From IMG/VR virus record IMGVR_UViG_3300036045_000316, positions 585 to 64,584 of that record: a stretch of DNA of 64,000 nucleotides. One strand, 5' to 3'. Made by a program: the position numbers and the translations under genes. The notes under the pieces are model-generated. The model did not search any database. It saw only the letters and a program-made list of their open reading frames with translations, and was not told where the DNA came from. Positions 49,804 to 58,451 of the stretch are shown here, in pieces. The stretch is from a virus. Lineage: Duplodnaviria; Caudoviricetes. Each line of letters begins with the position of its first letter. Position 1 is the first letter of the stretch.

Positions 49804-50195
49804 ATGGAATTAAACATCAAGATCAGCCGGTCGGTGTGCTGGCTGATCTTGCTACTCCTCGCGGGGTTGTTGGGGTGGCGTCTGTACAAGCGCCAGCACA
49901 TGGCAGCAAAGCCCGCGCCCGCGATGGTGAAGCCGACACCGCGTAAGACGGCGATGCCGTTCACGGCGGGCAAGGAGGCTGTAGCGGGCGATCAAGCGAC
50001 AGCGACGGTAGTGGTGAAAAAGCCATCGCCGCGCCGCACTCGCCAGCGCCAGACCGTGACGCCGCTGCGAAGCCGCGAGGAGATGGAGGCGGAAGTGCAA
50101 GCGGGCATCGACAAGATGAATGAGAACATCCAGCGCGTTAGGAATGAGTACACGGCGAGACGCGCCGCCCAATCGCCAACGACGGAGGCAAGCTG
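49804..50195 (+). CDS. Membrane-anchored hypothetical protein
   Basis: N-terminal TM helix, basic remainder. Confidence 0.65.
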
Positions 50196-50831
50196 ATGAC
50201 CGACCATGACTTGATGCTCCCCGACGATCCGGATCAGCAGATCGGCGTGTTCGCTGACTCGCTCAAGGCGCTGCACGAGGGGTTGGCATGGTTGCAAAAG
50301 GTGGGCACGGGCGAGATCGCGGCGGATCAGGACACCTACAACAGCGTCATCACGGTGATGGATGAGAAGTTGGCGCAGGTCGGCATGATCCACGCGCAGA
50401 TCGCACCGCTGCTGACGGGCGCGAAGGAACTGATCGAGACGTTGAGCGCCCAACGCGATGAGGCACGCGATTACGCCGACCACGCCTATGAAGAAGGCAT
50501 GATCGACGCGCTCAGCGAGACGTCCTTCGAGGACTTGCTGGGGGTCGTGAGCGAATCGCTTACCAACAGCGCCGACTATCTGGCGGCGCGGCTACGCGCC
50601 AAGGGCGATGTAGCGATGGCGGACAATCTCGAAGCAGTGACGCAGCAAGCGGTGCAAGACCTCGCCACCGTGAACAACTTACAAGACCAGACGTTCGTGC
50701 TGGCACACTCACATTGGTTCAGCGATGGCGCTGCTGATGACGATGACGAGGGCGAAGATAGCGCGGAACATGAAGCCGACGACTTCCCCATCATCACCGT
50801 AAAGCCGCACCTGCTGAATGACGCGGACTAA
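50196..50831 (+). CDS. Highly acidic helical protein
   Basis: GGAGG RBS; DDDDEGED tail. Confidence 0.75.
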   Translation: MTDHDLMLPDDPDQQIGVFADSLKALHEGLAWLQKVGTGEIAADQDTYNSVITVMDEKLAQVGMIHAQIAPLLTGAKELIETLSAQRDEARDYADHAYEEGMIDALSETSFEDLLGVVSESLTNSADYLAARLRAKGDVAMADNLEAVTQQAVQDLATVNNLQDQTFVLAHSHWFSDGAADDDDEGEDSAEHEADDFPIITVKPHLLNDAD

Positions 50832-50912
50832 GCAATCGTAACAATGGTCGAGGGGCATGGTCGCTTGGAACAACCACACCCCTCTTTCGTTAAAACGCAA
50901 TAGGACTATACC

Positions 50913-51557
50913 ATGACTTCTACGGCACTGGCAACCTTCGACACTCTTGAGTCTCTGGAACTGGATCACTTCAACCCCAACCTGCTGCGCGAATTCGCCA
51001 CGCAGCGCATCGACGCGGCGAAGCTGCACTTGCAAGCGGCACAAGTTGCCCTGCAAGAAGCGCGCAGAGACCGCGATTTCCACATCGGCGACGAGGATGA
51101 GACGCCCGCCTACCGCGCCATGCAGCGGGTGGAGACCGCGCTCGCCAGCGCCGCCGACTGCTTGAACGAGGTGCAGGAACGCGCCGACGTGGTGAGCGAG
51201 TACGTGATCGGCGTGACTGAAATCGCCCAAGCCCTGTACGTGCAGTCCAACGAACTACGCGCCGAATACGATGACCTTTCGCAAAACTTTCATGCACGGG
51301 TGGAGGAGGAGCTTCTCAACCAGATTCCGACGACTGAGGAGATGGATCGGGAGCAGATTCGCAGCATCGCCCACGAGATCAACGACGCGGGCGGGGATGC
51401 CGAACTGGTGTTTGGGTGGTATCGGGAGGATTTGGAACGGACCCTCCGCACCGCCGAGCAACTTGCCGCCGCGCTGCGACAGCAGCAGTACCTACAACCA
51501 GCCGCTGACGATGAGGATGAGTACGACAGTGAGGACGACGATGCTGCAAGCGCGTAA
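50913..51557 (+). CDS. Highly acidic helical protein
   Basis: DDEDEYDSEDDD tail. Confidence 0.75.
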   Translation: MTSTALATFDTLESLELDHFNPNLLREFATQRIDAAKLHLQAAQVALQEARRDRDFHIGDEDETPAYRAMQRVETALASAADCLNEVQERADVVSEYVIGVTEIAQALYVQSNELRAEYDDLSQNFHARVEEELLNQIPTTEEMDREQIRSIAHEINDAGGDAELVFGWYREDLERTLRTAEQLAAALRQQQYLQPAADDEDEYDSEDDDAASA

Positions 51558-51682
51558 CGGCTGGATCACCTTCGGGGCGCTGGTCAATTGGAGTTGCCGC
51601 TAGGTCTCAACCCGCTGACGCCGCGCCGCTGATGAGGGGAATATTCGGATAAGTAAGCTTATCGGAAGTGGAGGGGTGAGCA

Positions 51683-51883
51683 GTGCAAAGCATCGTGAAA
51701 ATGACAATTGACGGCGTGACCTACAAAGTTCTTGCTAGGGTGCGTAAACATGGTGTCTCTTTGAAGATGGTTAAAGGCAATCCACCTAAAGATGCGCCGA
51801 ATTGGGATCACGAGGCAGTAGTAATTGAAGGCGATCCCGAAAAGAAATGTCAGTTTCTTCAAGGTGGAGTAATTAGACAGTAA
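51683..51883 (+). CDS. Hypothetical protein
   Basis: GGAGG upstream; lower GC. Confidence 0.5.
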   Translation: MQSIVKMTIDGVTYKVLARVRKHGVSLKMVKGNPPKDAPNWDHEAVVIEGDPEKKCQFLQGGVIRQ

Positions 51884-51892
51884 GGAGTGGGG

Positions 51893-52336
51893 ATGATGGG
51901 CAAACCGAAACTATCGCCACAGATGATCTTCCAACTGGAAATGTTGCGCCGGGCTGCCGACTGGACCGCCGAACGGTTCGCGGCGGAATACGGCAACCAC
52001 TACACGCACCCGCGAAGCAAAAAGATCGCCATGCCGAAGGGGTGGCTGTGCTTCGGCAGCGGCAGGACGGGTAAGGCGCTCGTCGAACGCGGCTTGGTCG
52101 AAAAGCAGGTGCAGCGCTACGTCCGCATCGGCGCACTGAGTTGGTATCGCCTCACTCAGGTGGGGCGGGAAGCGCTAGTTGGCGTCGATCTGCCGGAATG
52201 GATGAACGAGATCACGGTGGAGACGCCGGAGGGCAAGCTGACCGTTGGCGACGTGGATGTGCAGTACCGTGAAGAAGGGGATCGCGCCGCGCTGTCCGTC
52301 ACCGTCAGCCATCTGAAGTACGAGGTAGAGGGGTAA
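51893..52336 (+). CDS. wHTH-like hypothetical protein
   Basis: AAGGAG RBS; ALVERGLV...YRLTQVGREAL. Confidence 0.7.
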   Translation: MMGKPKLSPQMIFQLEMLRRAADWTAERFAAEYGNHYTHPRSKKIAMPKGWLCFGSGRTGKALVERGLVEKQVQRYVRIGALSWYRLTQVGREALVGVDLPEWMNEITVETPEGKLTVGDVDVQYREEGDRAALSVTVSHLKYEVEG

Positions 52337-52339
52337 TTC

Positions 52340-52624
52340 ATGGTCTCTATCGTTGATAACAAAACCGTTGGTGAAGTACAGGTGATCGGCTTCGCCAACC
52401 ACGAAAGCGAAGTGATCAACGTGCTGCGCTACTCCATCAACAACTACGAATGGCAGCATGTCATCGTTGAAAACATCGATCAGTTGATGGGGGCGATTCG
52501 GGACGAAGTTGAAAGTTGCCTTGACACGGAAACGTTGGAGTACGGACTAATCATCCATGTTGATCGCGCCCGCATGACCCGCGCCGCGTTCAACGCTTTG
52601 CAGCCGCTTGAGGAGTGGGGCTGA
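52340..52624 (+). CDS. Hypothetical protein
   Basis: ORF coupled to the integrase gene. Confidence 0.65.
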   Translation: MVSIVDNKTVGEVQVIGFANHESEVINVLRYSINNYEWQHVIVENIDQLMGAIRDEVESCLDTETLEYGLIIHVDRARMTRAAFNALQPLEEWG

Positions 52625-53607
52625 TGGCACATCGCCGACCCGGACGCCCAAGGAAACCCACCGTAGCCGAAGCGACGGAGAGCTTTCTGCGCTCCAAATC
52701 ACTGCGGGCGACGCCACACTACATCGCCACGATCACGGGCTTCATGCGCTACTTCGTGGACTACTACGGGCATCGCACCGTGAGTAGCTTGAGCATCGAC
52801 GATATGGAAGAGTACGCCGTGTACCTCCAGAATCTTGATGTCAAGTTTGCCGCGCACCCGCGACGGTATCCGGTTGCCGAAAAACTGAGCAAGACGACGA
52901 TTGACTCGCACCATCGGACGCTGCGGGCGTTCTTCAACTGGCTGATCAAGCGCCCCGAATACGGCGTCAAGGCAAACCCGATGTTGGAAGTGCCGCGCCC
53001 GCGCATCTTCGACAGCGATGTGCGGATCAAGCGGGTGGAGTGGTTGACGTACAAGAGGCTGATCGAGGCGGCGAGGACTTTAGAAGGTGCTGCCCAGAAG
53101 CGGGCGCTGGCGATCTTGTACATGCTGCCAGACACCGGATGCCGTGCAGCAGGCTTGTGCGGCTTGAAGTGGGCGGATGTCGATCTGGCAGAGCGCCGCG
53201 CCCACGTCGTTGAAAAGTTCGGCAAAGGGCGCTATGTATGGTTTTTGGTCAACACCCGTCGCCAGCTTGAGGAATGGAAGAAACACGCGCCTAAGTCGGA
53301 ATACGTGTTCTGCTCCATCCGCCCACACGATCTTGGTCAAGCGCTCACGCCGTCGGGACTGTATCAAATCCTGACCGACCTCTCCCGCCGCGCCAAATTG
53401 GAGCGCGACAAGTGGGTATCGCCGCACGACCTGCGGCATATGTTCGCCACCTACGCCGATGAGAAGGGCATCCCTATCGCTTACTTGCAGGCGCTGATGG
53501 GGCACGAACGCGCCGAAACGACGGCACGCTACATCCATCGCAGCGGCGAAGCGCTGCGGCTGGCACACGACAAATACAGCCCGCTGCTCGACCTGCTGCT
53601 CGAATAA
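52624..53607 (+). CDS. int: Tyrosine recombinase/integrase
   Basis: DTGCR, K.GK.R, HDLRH, LMGH and TARY catalytic set; SAM-like N-domain. Confidence 0.93.
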   Translation: MAHRRPGRPRKPTVAEATESFLRSKSLRATPHYIATITGFMRYFVDYYGHRTVSSLSIDDMEEYAVYLQNLDVKFAAHPRRYPVAEKLSKTTIDSHHRTLRAFFNWLIKRPEYGVKANPMLEVPRPRIFDSDVRIKRVEWLTYKRLIEAARTLEGAAQKRALAILYMLPDTGCRAAGLCGLKWADVDLAERRAHVVEKFGKGRYVWFLVNTRRQLEEWKKHAPKSEYVFCSIRPHDLGQALTPSGLYQILTDLSRRAKLERDKWVSPHDLRHMFATYADEKGIPIAYLQALMGHERAETTARYIHRSGEALRLAHDKYSPLLDLLLE

Positions 53608-53632
53608 GACGAGGAAAGGAGGTAACGGACGC

Positions 53633-53851
53633 ATGGATAACGCACCTACCATCCAGAATCCAGTGATCGACACGGACGCTGCATTAGCGCGGCGCATCCG
53701 CGAACTAGTGGAACTCGGACAGCCCATTTACATCCCGCCAACAAAGGATGAAAACGATCTGATCCAGATTATTGCACTAGAGGACGTGCTGGTTCTCGAC
53801 CCCGATCAATTTTATTGCGCGGGGCTGTTTCATCTCGTCAGTGACGAGTAA
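53633..53851 (+). CDS. Hypothetical protein
   Basis: AAGGAGGT RBS. Confidence 0.6.
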   Translation: MDNAPTIQNPVIDTDAALARRIRELVELGQPIYIPPTKDENDLIQIIALEDVLVLDPDQFYCAGLFHLVSDE

Positions 53852-53950
53852 AAGGAAGGATGGGGAGGGGTGATTTTCCTAGAGAGACGTTGATGAATTT
53901 CGCTGACCGAAAAAAGAATAAAGCTAGTCGTTGACTAGCTATTCGTGGTA

Positions 53951-53997
53951 AGCGGGCGACGAGATTCGAACTCGTGACCTTCTCCTTGGCAAGGAGA
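53951..53997 (-). other. attP core = 3' half of tRNA-Gly(GCC)
   Basis: Minus strand TCTCC-TTGCCAA-GGAGA-AGGTC-ACGAG-TTCGAAT-CTCGT-CGCCCGC-T; the 5' tRNA half is absent; terminator AGCTAGTC/GACTAGCT follows; integrase is adjacent. Confidence 0.88.
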
Positions 53998-54122
53998 CTC
54001 TCTAGCACTCCCTCTCCAACTTTGCTCCACTTCACGATAACCATATTACGGTAAAGCTGCAAGATCACGCTGACTAGAAACATCCGGCGACGCTGAGTCG
54101 CTGTTCAGAGGATTGCTTAACG

Positions 54123-55568
54123 ATGGCGGTTTGCCCACCTGCCTTATTACTGGATCGTTCGGTGTCCGCCGAAGCGCTGCGCCTGTGGCTGCTGCTTGCC
54201 GATTTACCCGAGGGCGACCCGCCGCCGACGCGCCAAGTGCTGGCGACGACCTTCCGCTGCAATCCGGCGACGGTAACACGCTGGCTGAAGCAATTGGAGG
54301 ACAGCGACTGGCTGATCGTCTCGGTAGGCACGACGGCGCACGGACGCGGCAATCGCTACCACTGCTTCGAGGCTCAAGCGGACTGCCGGACGGCGCGGAA
54401 TACCCCTCCCTCAAGCGCTGGGGGGGGTGATCGCAAAAATGCAAGCACCCCGTCCAGTGCCGATCTGCCTGCCCCTGAATCCGCACAGGGGGGTGATCGC
54501 ATCCGTGCAACGATGGGGGTGATCGCATCCGTGCAACTACCCCCCCAGTCCTCTACGCACAAAGAGGGGGGTGATCGCATTTTTGCAACGACCCCCCTGG
54601 TAGATCTAGAGACTCTTGTATTAAAGAGTCCAGAAGCGAAGCATAGGGGTGATCAGGGATGGAGAGATCATCTCCCTTGGATCACCCCCATGCTTTGCTG
54701 TGAAGTATTCCCGGTAGTGGGCAAACAACCAGCGCCTGTATGCGCGGGCGGGCATCCCTACCAGTGGCGGCAGCAGCGACTAGGCAAGGCGGGCATCCAT
54801 CGGGCTACGGCTTACGCTTGGCAAGTAGCGACAGGAATCGGCATGACCGCGCCAGAGAGGGATACGCTGGTGTTCGTTGATGTGGATCGCGCCGCGTTCG
54901 AGGATGACCTGCTGCGCTGGCTGCCGATTGCTGCCAGCACCTACCGCCAGCAGCGGGGAACGCACTCATGCCTCGCTTTCCGGCTGCCCGCGCCTTTACC
55001 GCAGCGGTTGAGCCTCAAAGACGCCAATGGGGAGGTTGCCAGTCTACGCGGATTCGGGAGCTATCAGGTGGGACCGGGCAGCTTGCACCCGTCTGGGGAA
55101 CGGTACACCTGCAACTGGCGACCAGCGATCCATCTGAACGAACGGGAGATGCAGCAATTGATTGATCGCTTCCGGCAGGACGGCAGTAGGCAGAAAATGC
55201 ATCAACCTCAACACCATGCTTCGCTCTCGCGGCAACCTGTGCAAATGTCGCATGAGTTGGAGGAACGACTCAGGCGGTGGGCGCAGCGGGGTATCGAGCG
55301 CGAAGTGGACGCCTTGCGCCGCGTCGGTGAGGGCGGTTTCAACAACGCCTTGTTCGCCGCCACGCTACGCGCCTGCCGCTTGGCTTCATTGGCGCGAGAG
55401 GATGACGGGGCGATCAGGGCGTTGCTCTATGACGCGGCGGTGCAGGCGGGGTATGTGGCGCGTGATGGGGCAGCGGCGGCGTGGCGGACGATTCGCAGCG
55501 GGATGCGGGCGGGACGTCAACATGGAATGGTGGACTTGCCCACGTGGGCAGTAGGAGCGACGAAATGA
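54123..55568 (+). CDS. Replication protein: HTH initiator + bifunctional primase-polymerase
   Basis: N-terminal L...A..L...L...P....LA......TV.R.L..L...W HTH; KQP, FVDVD, RGTH, QVGPGSLHPSGERY PrimPol motifs; G.NNALF...TIRSG C-domain. Confidence 0.85.
   Translation: MAVCPPALLLDRSVSAEALRLWLLLADLPEGDPPPTRQVLATTFRCNPATVTRWLKQLEDSDWLIVSVGTTAHGRGNRYHCFEAQADCRTARNTPPSSAGGGDRKNASTPSSADLPAPESAQGGDRIRATMGVIASVQLPPQSSTHKEGGDRIFATTPLVDLETLVLKSPEAKHRGDQGWRDHLPWITPMLCCEVFPVVGKQPAPVCAGGHPYQWRQQRLGKAGIHRATAYAWQVATGIGMTAPERDTLVFVDVDRAAFEDDLLRWLPIAASTYRQQRGTHSCLAFRLPAPLPQRLSLKDANGEVASLRGFGSYQVGPGSLHPSGERYTCNWRPAIHLNEREMQQLIDRFRQDGSRQKMHQPQHHASLSRQPVQMSHELEERLRRWAQRGIEREVDALRRVGEGGFNNALFAATLRACRLASLAREDDGAIRALLYDAAVQAGYVARDGAAAAWRTIRSGMRAGRQHGMVDLPTWAVGATK
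54423..54654 (+). repeat. Iteron origin inside the rep gene
   Basis: GGGGGTGATCGCA-N4-TGCAA at 54423, 54489, 54515 and 54567, a partial copy at 54646, and an AT-rich stretch at ~54601-54630. Confidence 0.85.
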
Positions 55569-56401
55569 ACGGGGATCGGCTGATGACGGGCGTGGATAGG
55601 CGGGAAGCAGTGGTGATGATTTGTAGATTTTGCGGAGTAGAGGGAACGGGTGAAGCATTCAATCTTTGGGTAAAGCCGACGTTCACGGATTGGGACAAGT
55701 TGCTGCCCGGCGACATCATCTGTGATGACTGTGCATTCTGGTTCGATGAGGCAAGCGAAGTGCTGACTGCCCGTACTGGTAAAGACAAGTTACAGCGAAT
55801 GCGGAACTACAGCCACTTCGTCCTCAATGGAGAGTGGACGCCACTAAGCAAAGGGGACAAGGCGCAGATGCAGGCGTTCTTGTGCGCTGATGTGTTCCCC
55901 GAACTCGCCGTCATCGCCGAGTCGGGGCAGAAGCATATTGTTTTCCGTGCTACGCGCAATCCCGTCGGATCGTCCGCTGGCTGGGTGCAATTCGAGGAAC
56001 ATTCACTGTGGGTTGATCCTCCCCAGCTTCGCGCACTCATTGAGCGCGTGGAGGAACTTTACGTAACCTTCTCTAAAACAGAGATCGAGACGGGGAATTA
56101 TCAGTCGCATCGCATCCTGAAATTTGGGGTACGGCGGTGGATGGAGGCAGACGGGGCAATTAAGCCACTGCGCGGATCACCACTGCTGGCATTGGCTTTG
56201 TTTCTAGCACAAAGGAGTGAAGATGACGCAGGAGGAACTACGGAATCAGGCGGCGGCGCTGCTGCTGCAAATGTGGCTGGGGCTGGGCAGCGACCTGAAA
56301 TCGAGGTACCGGATGAGCATCTGGACGCAGTTCGAGGATCAGATACGCAGCGCAGCGTACACGAACAATCTGGGGAAATTCGTCAACTCTCTCTGTTCTA
56401 A
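55565..56401 (+). CDS. csf1: Type IV Cas8-like large subunit
   Basis: CRFCG...KPTFTD.D.L..G..IC..C zinc finger; MRNYSHFV; ESGQKH; first gene of the csf operon. Confidence 0.8.
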   Translation: MNGDRLMTGVDRREAVVMICRFCGVEGTGEAFNLWVKPTFTDWDKLLPGDIICDDCAFWFDEASEVLTARTGKDKLQRMRNYSHFVLNGEWTPLSKGDKAQMQAFLCADVFPELAVIAESGQKHIVFRATRNPVGSSAGWVQFEEHSLWVDPPQLRALIERVEELYVTFSKTEIETGNYQSHRILKFGVRRWMEADGAIKPLRGSPLLALALFLAQRSEDDAGGTTESGGGAAAANVAGAGQRPEIEVPDEHLDAVRGSDTQRSVHEQSGEIRQLSLF

Positions 56402-56585
56402 GCTAGATGCTGTGATTGGCAAGAACGCCGAGGGGCGGGCAATTGCGGAGCGCATCCTGAACAGCGGGCAAGATCGGCAACTCCTCAAACTGATGCGCGA
56501 GGAGACGGTACTACTCGTCCTCATGGTGCGAATTGAAATGCAGAATCGTCGGGAAGAATATGAACAGGAGAATCGCAATGAATGA
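56223..56585 (+). CDS. Type IV-B small subunit (Cas11-like)
   Basis: AAGGAG RBS; all-helical IW.QFE.QIRSAA....L.KFVNSLC.KL; located between csf1 and csf2. Confidence 0.75.
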   Translation: MTQEELRNQAAALLLQMWLGLGSDLKSRYRMSIWTQFEDQIRSAAYTNNLGKFVNSLCSKLDAVIGKNAEGRAIAERILNSGQDRQLLKLMREETVLLVLMVRIEMQNRREEYEQENRNE

Positions 56586-56817
56586 CGAATTATCTAACTG
56601 GGAAAAGGGCGATTGCTATTCCATAGATACATCAGAATGGTATCCGCGTGGCATTGCTACCATTTTCATTTTGCCTTTTTGCAACAGATTGAGTCATTGG
56701 ATGTGGATCGGCGTGGCGGGAACCGGGGAGATAGTGGTTAGCCGCGATGGATTCTCAACGCCCCAAGCTGCGGCGGCAGCAGTCGATGAATACTTGAGCG
56801 CACAGGAGAACAACTAA
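56578..56817 (+). CDS. Small inserted hypothetical protein
   Basis: Lower GC; flanked by ACAGGAGAA direct repeats. Confidence 0.6.
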   Translation: MNDELSNWEKGDCYSIDTSEWYPRGIATIFILPFCNRLSHWMWIGVAGTGEIVVSRDGFSTPQAAAAAVDEYLSAQENN

Positions 56818-57782
56818 TGCATACTTACATCTTTGAGGGAGTGATGACGGCGCTGACGAGCATCAGTCACATCGGCGAGAGTCACGGCATCAATGCCCGT
56901 CTGCGACGCGAGAAGGTGATACAGCCGGATGGTAGCGTTGAGGAAGTGCCGATCCTCTCTGGTAATGCGATTCGCGGCATCTTGCGAGATCGGGGGATGC
57001 TGCACATGCTCAAGACGCTCGGCTACGGCGTCAATGCTGAAACGGGTGAAGTAGCGGGACTGTCGCTGGCAGCGTTCTACTTTTTGTTTTCCGGTGGGGC
57101 GTTGACGAAGGACACCACGCGAGGATTAGACGTTGAATCGGCGCGGCGCTGGCGCAGCCTAATCCCACTGGTCGGCGTGTTTGGTGGCGCGATGGGCAAC
57201 CAGATCATGCCGGGTAAGGTAAAAATCGGTAAAGGTATCCCCATCTGCATGGAGACGGCGCACCTTCTACCTGACAGCTTGCGCGGTACTCCCGTTTCCT
57301 CCGTGTGGGATATGTGCCAAGAGGAGGCGTATACGCGCCGCGACGACGAAAAGAATGAACAACTGCGCCAACTCATCCAGCCAGAAACACGCAAGCTGCT
57401 CGATCTGGATCGAGCGCTCGGACGCGACAAGATGGATGACGCGGTTGAGGATACCGGACAGAAACAGCAGATGCGCTACTACGTGGAAACATTAGCCGCT
57501 GGATCACGATTCTTCTGGGAGATTGCGCTGGACGATGCAACGGACATTGAATTTGAGGCGTTCTGCGTAACGCTGGCGGAATTCGGACGTCTGCCATATC
57601 TCGGCGGCAAGAGCGCAACAGGACACGGCAAGGTGAGTATCCAGTTCGATAACTGGGTAGAAATTAACCCCCGTCTTGCGCCGACGGGACAGGCGATTAA
57701 TTTCACGCTCGGCACGCGCTATCTCCAGCATCTCAGTGAACGCGGCGATGAGATACGGGGACTCATCCATGAGCTATCGTGA
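56817..57782 (+). CDS. csf2: Type IV Cas7-like backbone RAMP
   Basis: TALTSISH, VPILSGNAIRGILRD, LFSGG, PLVGVFGG, YTRRDD, QMRYYVE, GGKSATGHG. Confidence 0.92.
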   Translation: MHTYIFEGVMTALTSISHIGESHGINARLRREKVIQPDGSVEEVPILSGNAIRGILRDRGMLHMLKTLGYGVNAETGEVAGLSLAAFYFLFSGGALTKDTTRGLDVESARRWRSLIPLVGVFGGAMGNQIMPGKVKIGKGIPICMETAHLLPDSLRGTPVSSVWDMCQEEAYTRRDDEKNEQLRQLIQPETRKLLDLDRALGRDKMDDAVEDTGQKQQMRYYVETLAAGSRFFWEIALDDATDIEFEAFCVTLAEFGRLPYLGGKSATGHGKVSIQFDNWVEINPRLAPTGQAINFTLGTRYLQHLSERGDEIRGLIHELS

Positions 57783-58449
57783 TCGCTACCACTTGCAGCC
57801 GTTGGGTGTACGCGCTTACTTGCGTACACCAGTGGTGAGCGATAGCTTCCTGCCCCTCGATGGCTTGCTGCTGTATCAGGCGCACCGCGACATCGAGGAA
57901 GCGCAGATGATGACGACACCCGGCGCGTACACCTCGCAGGCGGTATCTACGCTGCCACTGGGCATCCTGCATCCGGGCAAACGGCAGTGGTATTACCAAT
58001 GCTCGTGGGCGCAGTGGGGGCGCAACACGGAAGGACAAGATCATTGGAACAAGCGTTTCGACAACTCCCTTGCCAGCTTGATTGATTTTCAGGGAAAAAG
58101 CGGCAGGATACTCATCGATAAGGGCGAATACAAGGCATATCGCACACCAATTTACTATCGTGCGGCGCTCTATGTCGAATGGTACTGCATCGGCGACCAG
58201 CGAGAAATCGCGTACCTGCTGTCTACGATGACGCACGTTGGCAAAAAGGGAGCGCAAGGATGGGGGCGAGTGTACCGATGGGAGATAGCGCCTGTTGCTG
58301 ACGATTACAGCGTGTGGTATGGGGATAGGCTGATGCGCGGCGTTCCACCGGAGGAAGCGCCACGCTACCAGACGGGGGTGTACGGCATCCGTCCGTCGTA
58401 TTGGAACAAGGGCAATCAAATGCTGCTGGCGCTGCCAGAAAGGACGTAG
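57769..58449 (+). CDS. csf3: Type IV Cas5-like RAMP
   Basis: LPLDGLL, WY..GD, GKK..QGWGRV..W G-rich loop, LMR.VP, RP.YW. Confidence 0.88.
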   Translation: MSYRDRYHLQPLGVRAYLRTPVVSDSFLPLDGLLLYQAHRDIEEAQMMTTPGAYTSQAVSTLPLGILHPGKRQWYYQCSWAQWGRNTEGQDHWNKRFDNSLASLIDFQGKSGRILIDKGEYKAYRTPIYYRAALYVEWYCIGDQREIAYLLSTMTHVGKKGAQGWGRVYRWEIAPVADDYSVWYGDRLMRGVPPEEAPRYQTGVYGIRPSYWNKGNQMLLALPERT

Positions 58450-58451
58450 TG

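Noticed and set aside
53946-54020. Complete tRNA-Gly gene
   Set aside because: The D-arm and 5' acceptor strand are missing; only the 3' half (att core) is present
54423-54654. Repeats just upstream of csf1 as a CRISPR mini-array
   Set aside because: Spacing is irregular (one gap is only 3 nt), the repeats lie inside the rep ORF next to an AT-rich tract, and the pattern is typical of iterons
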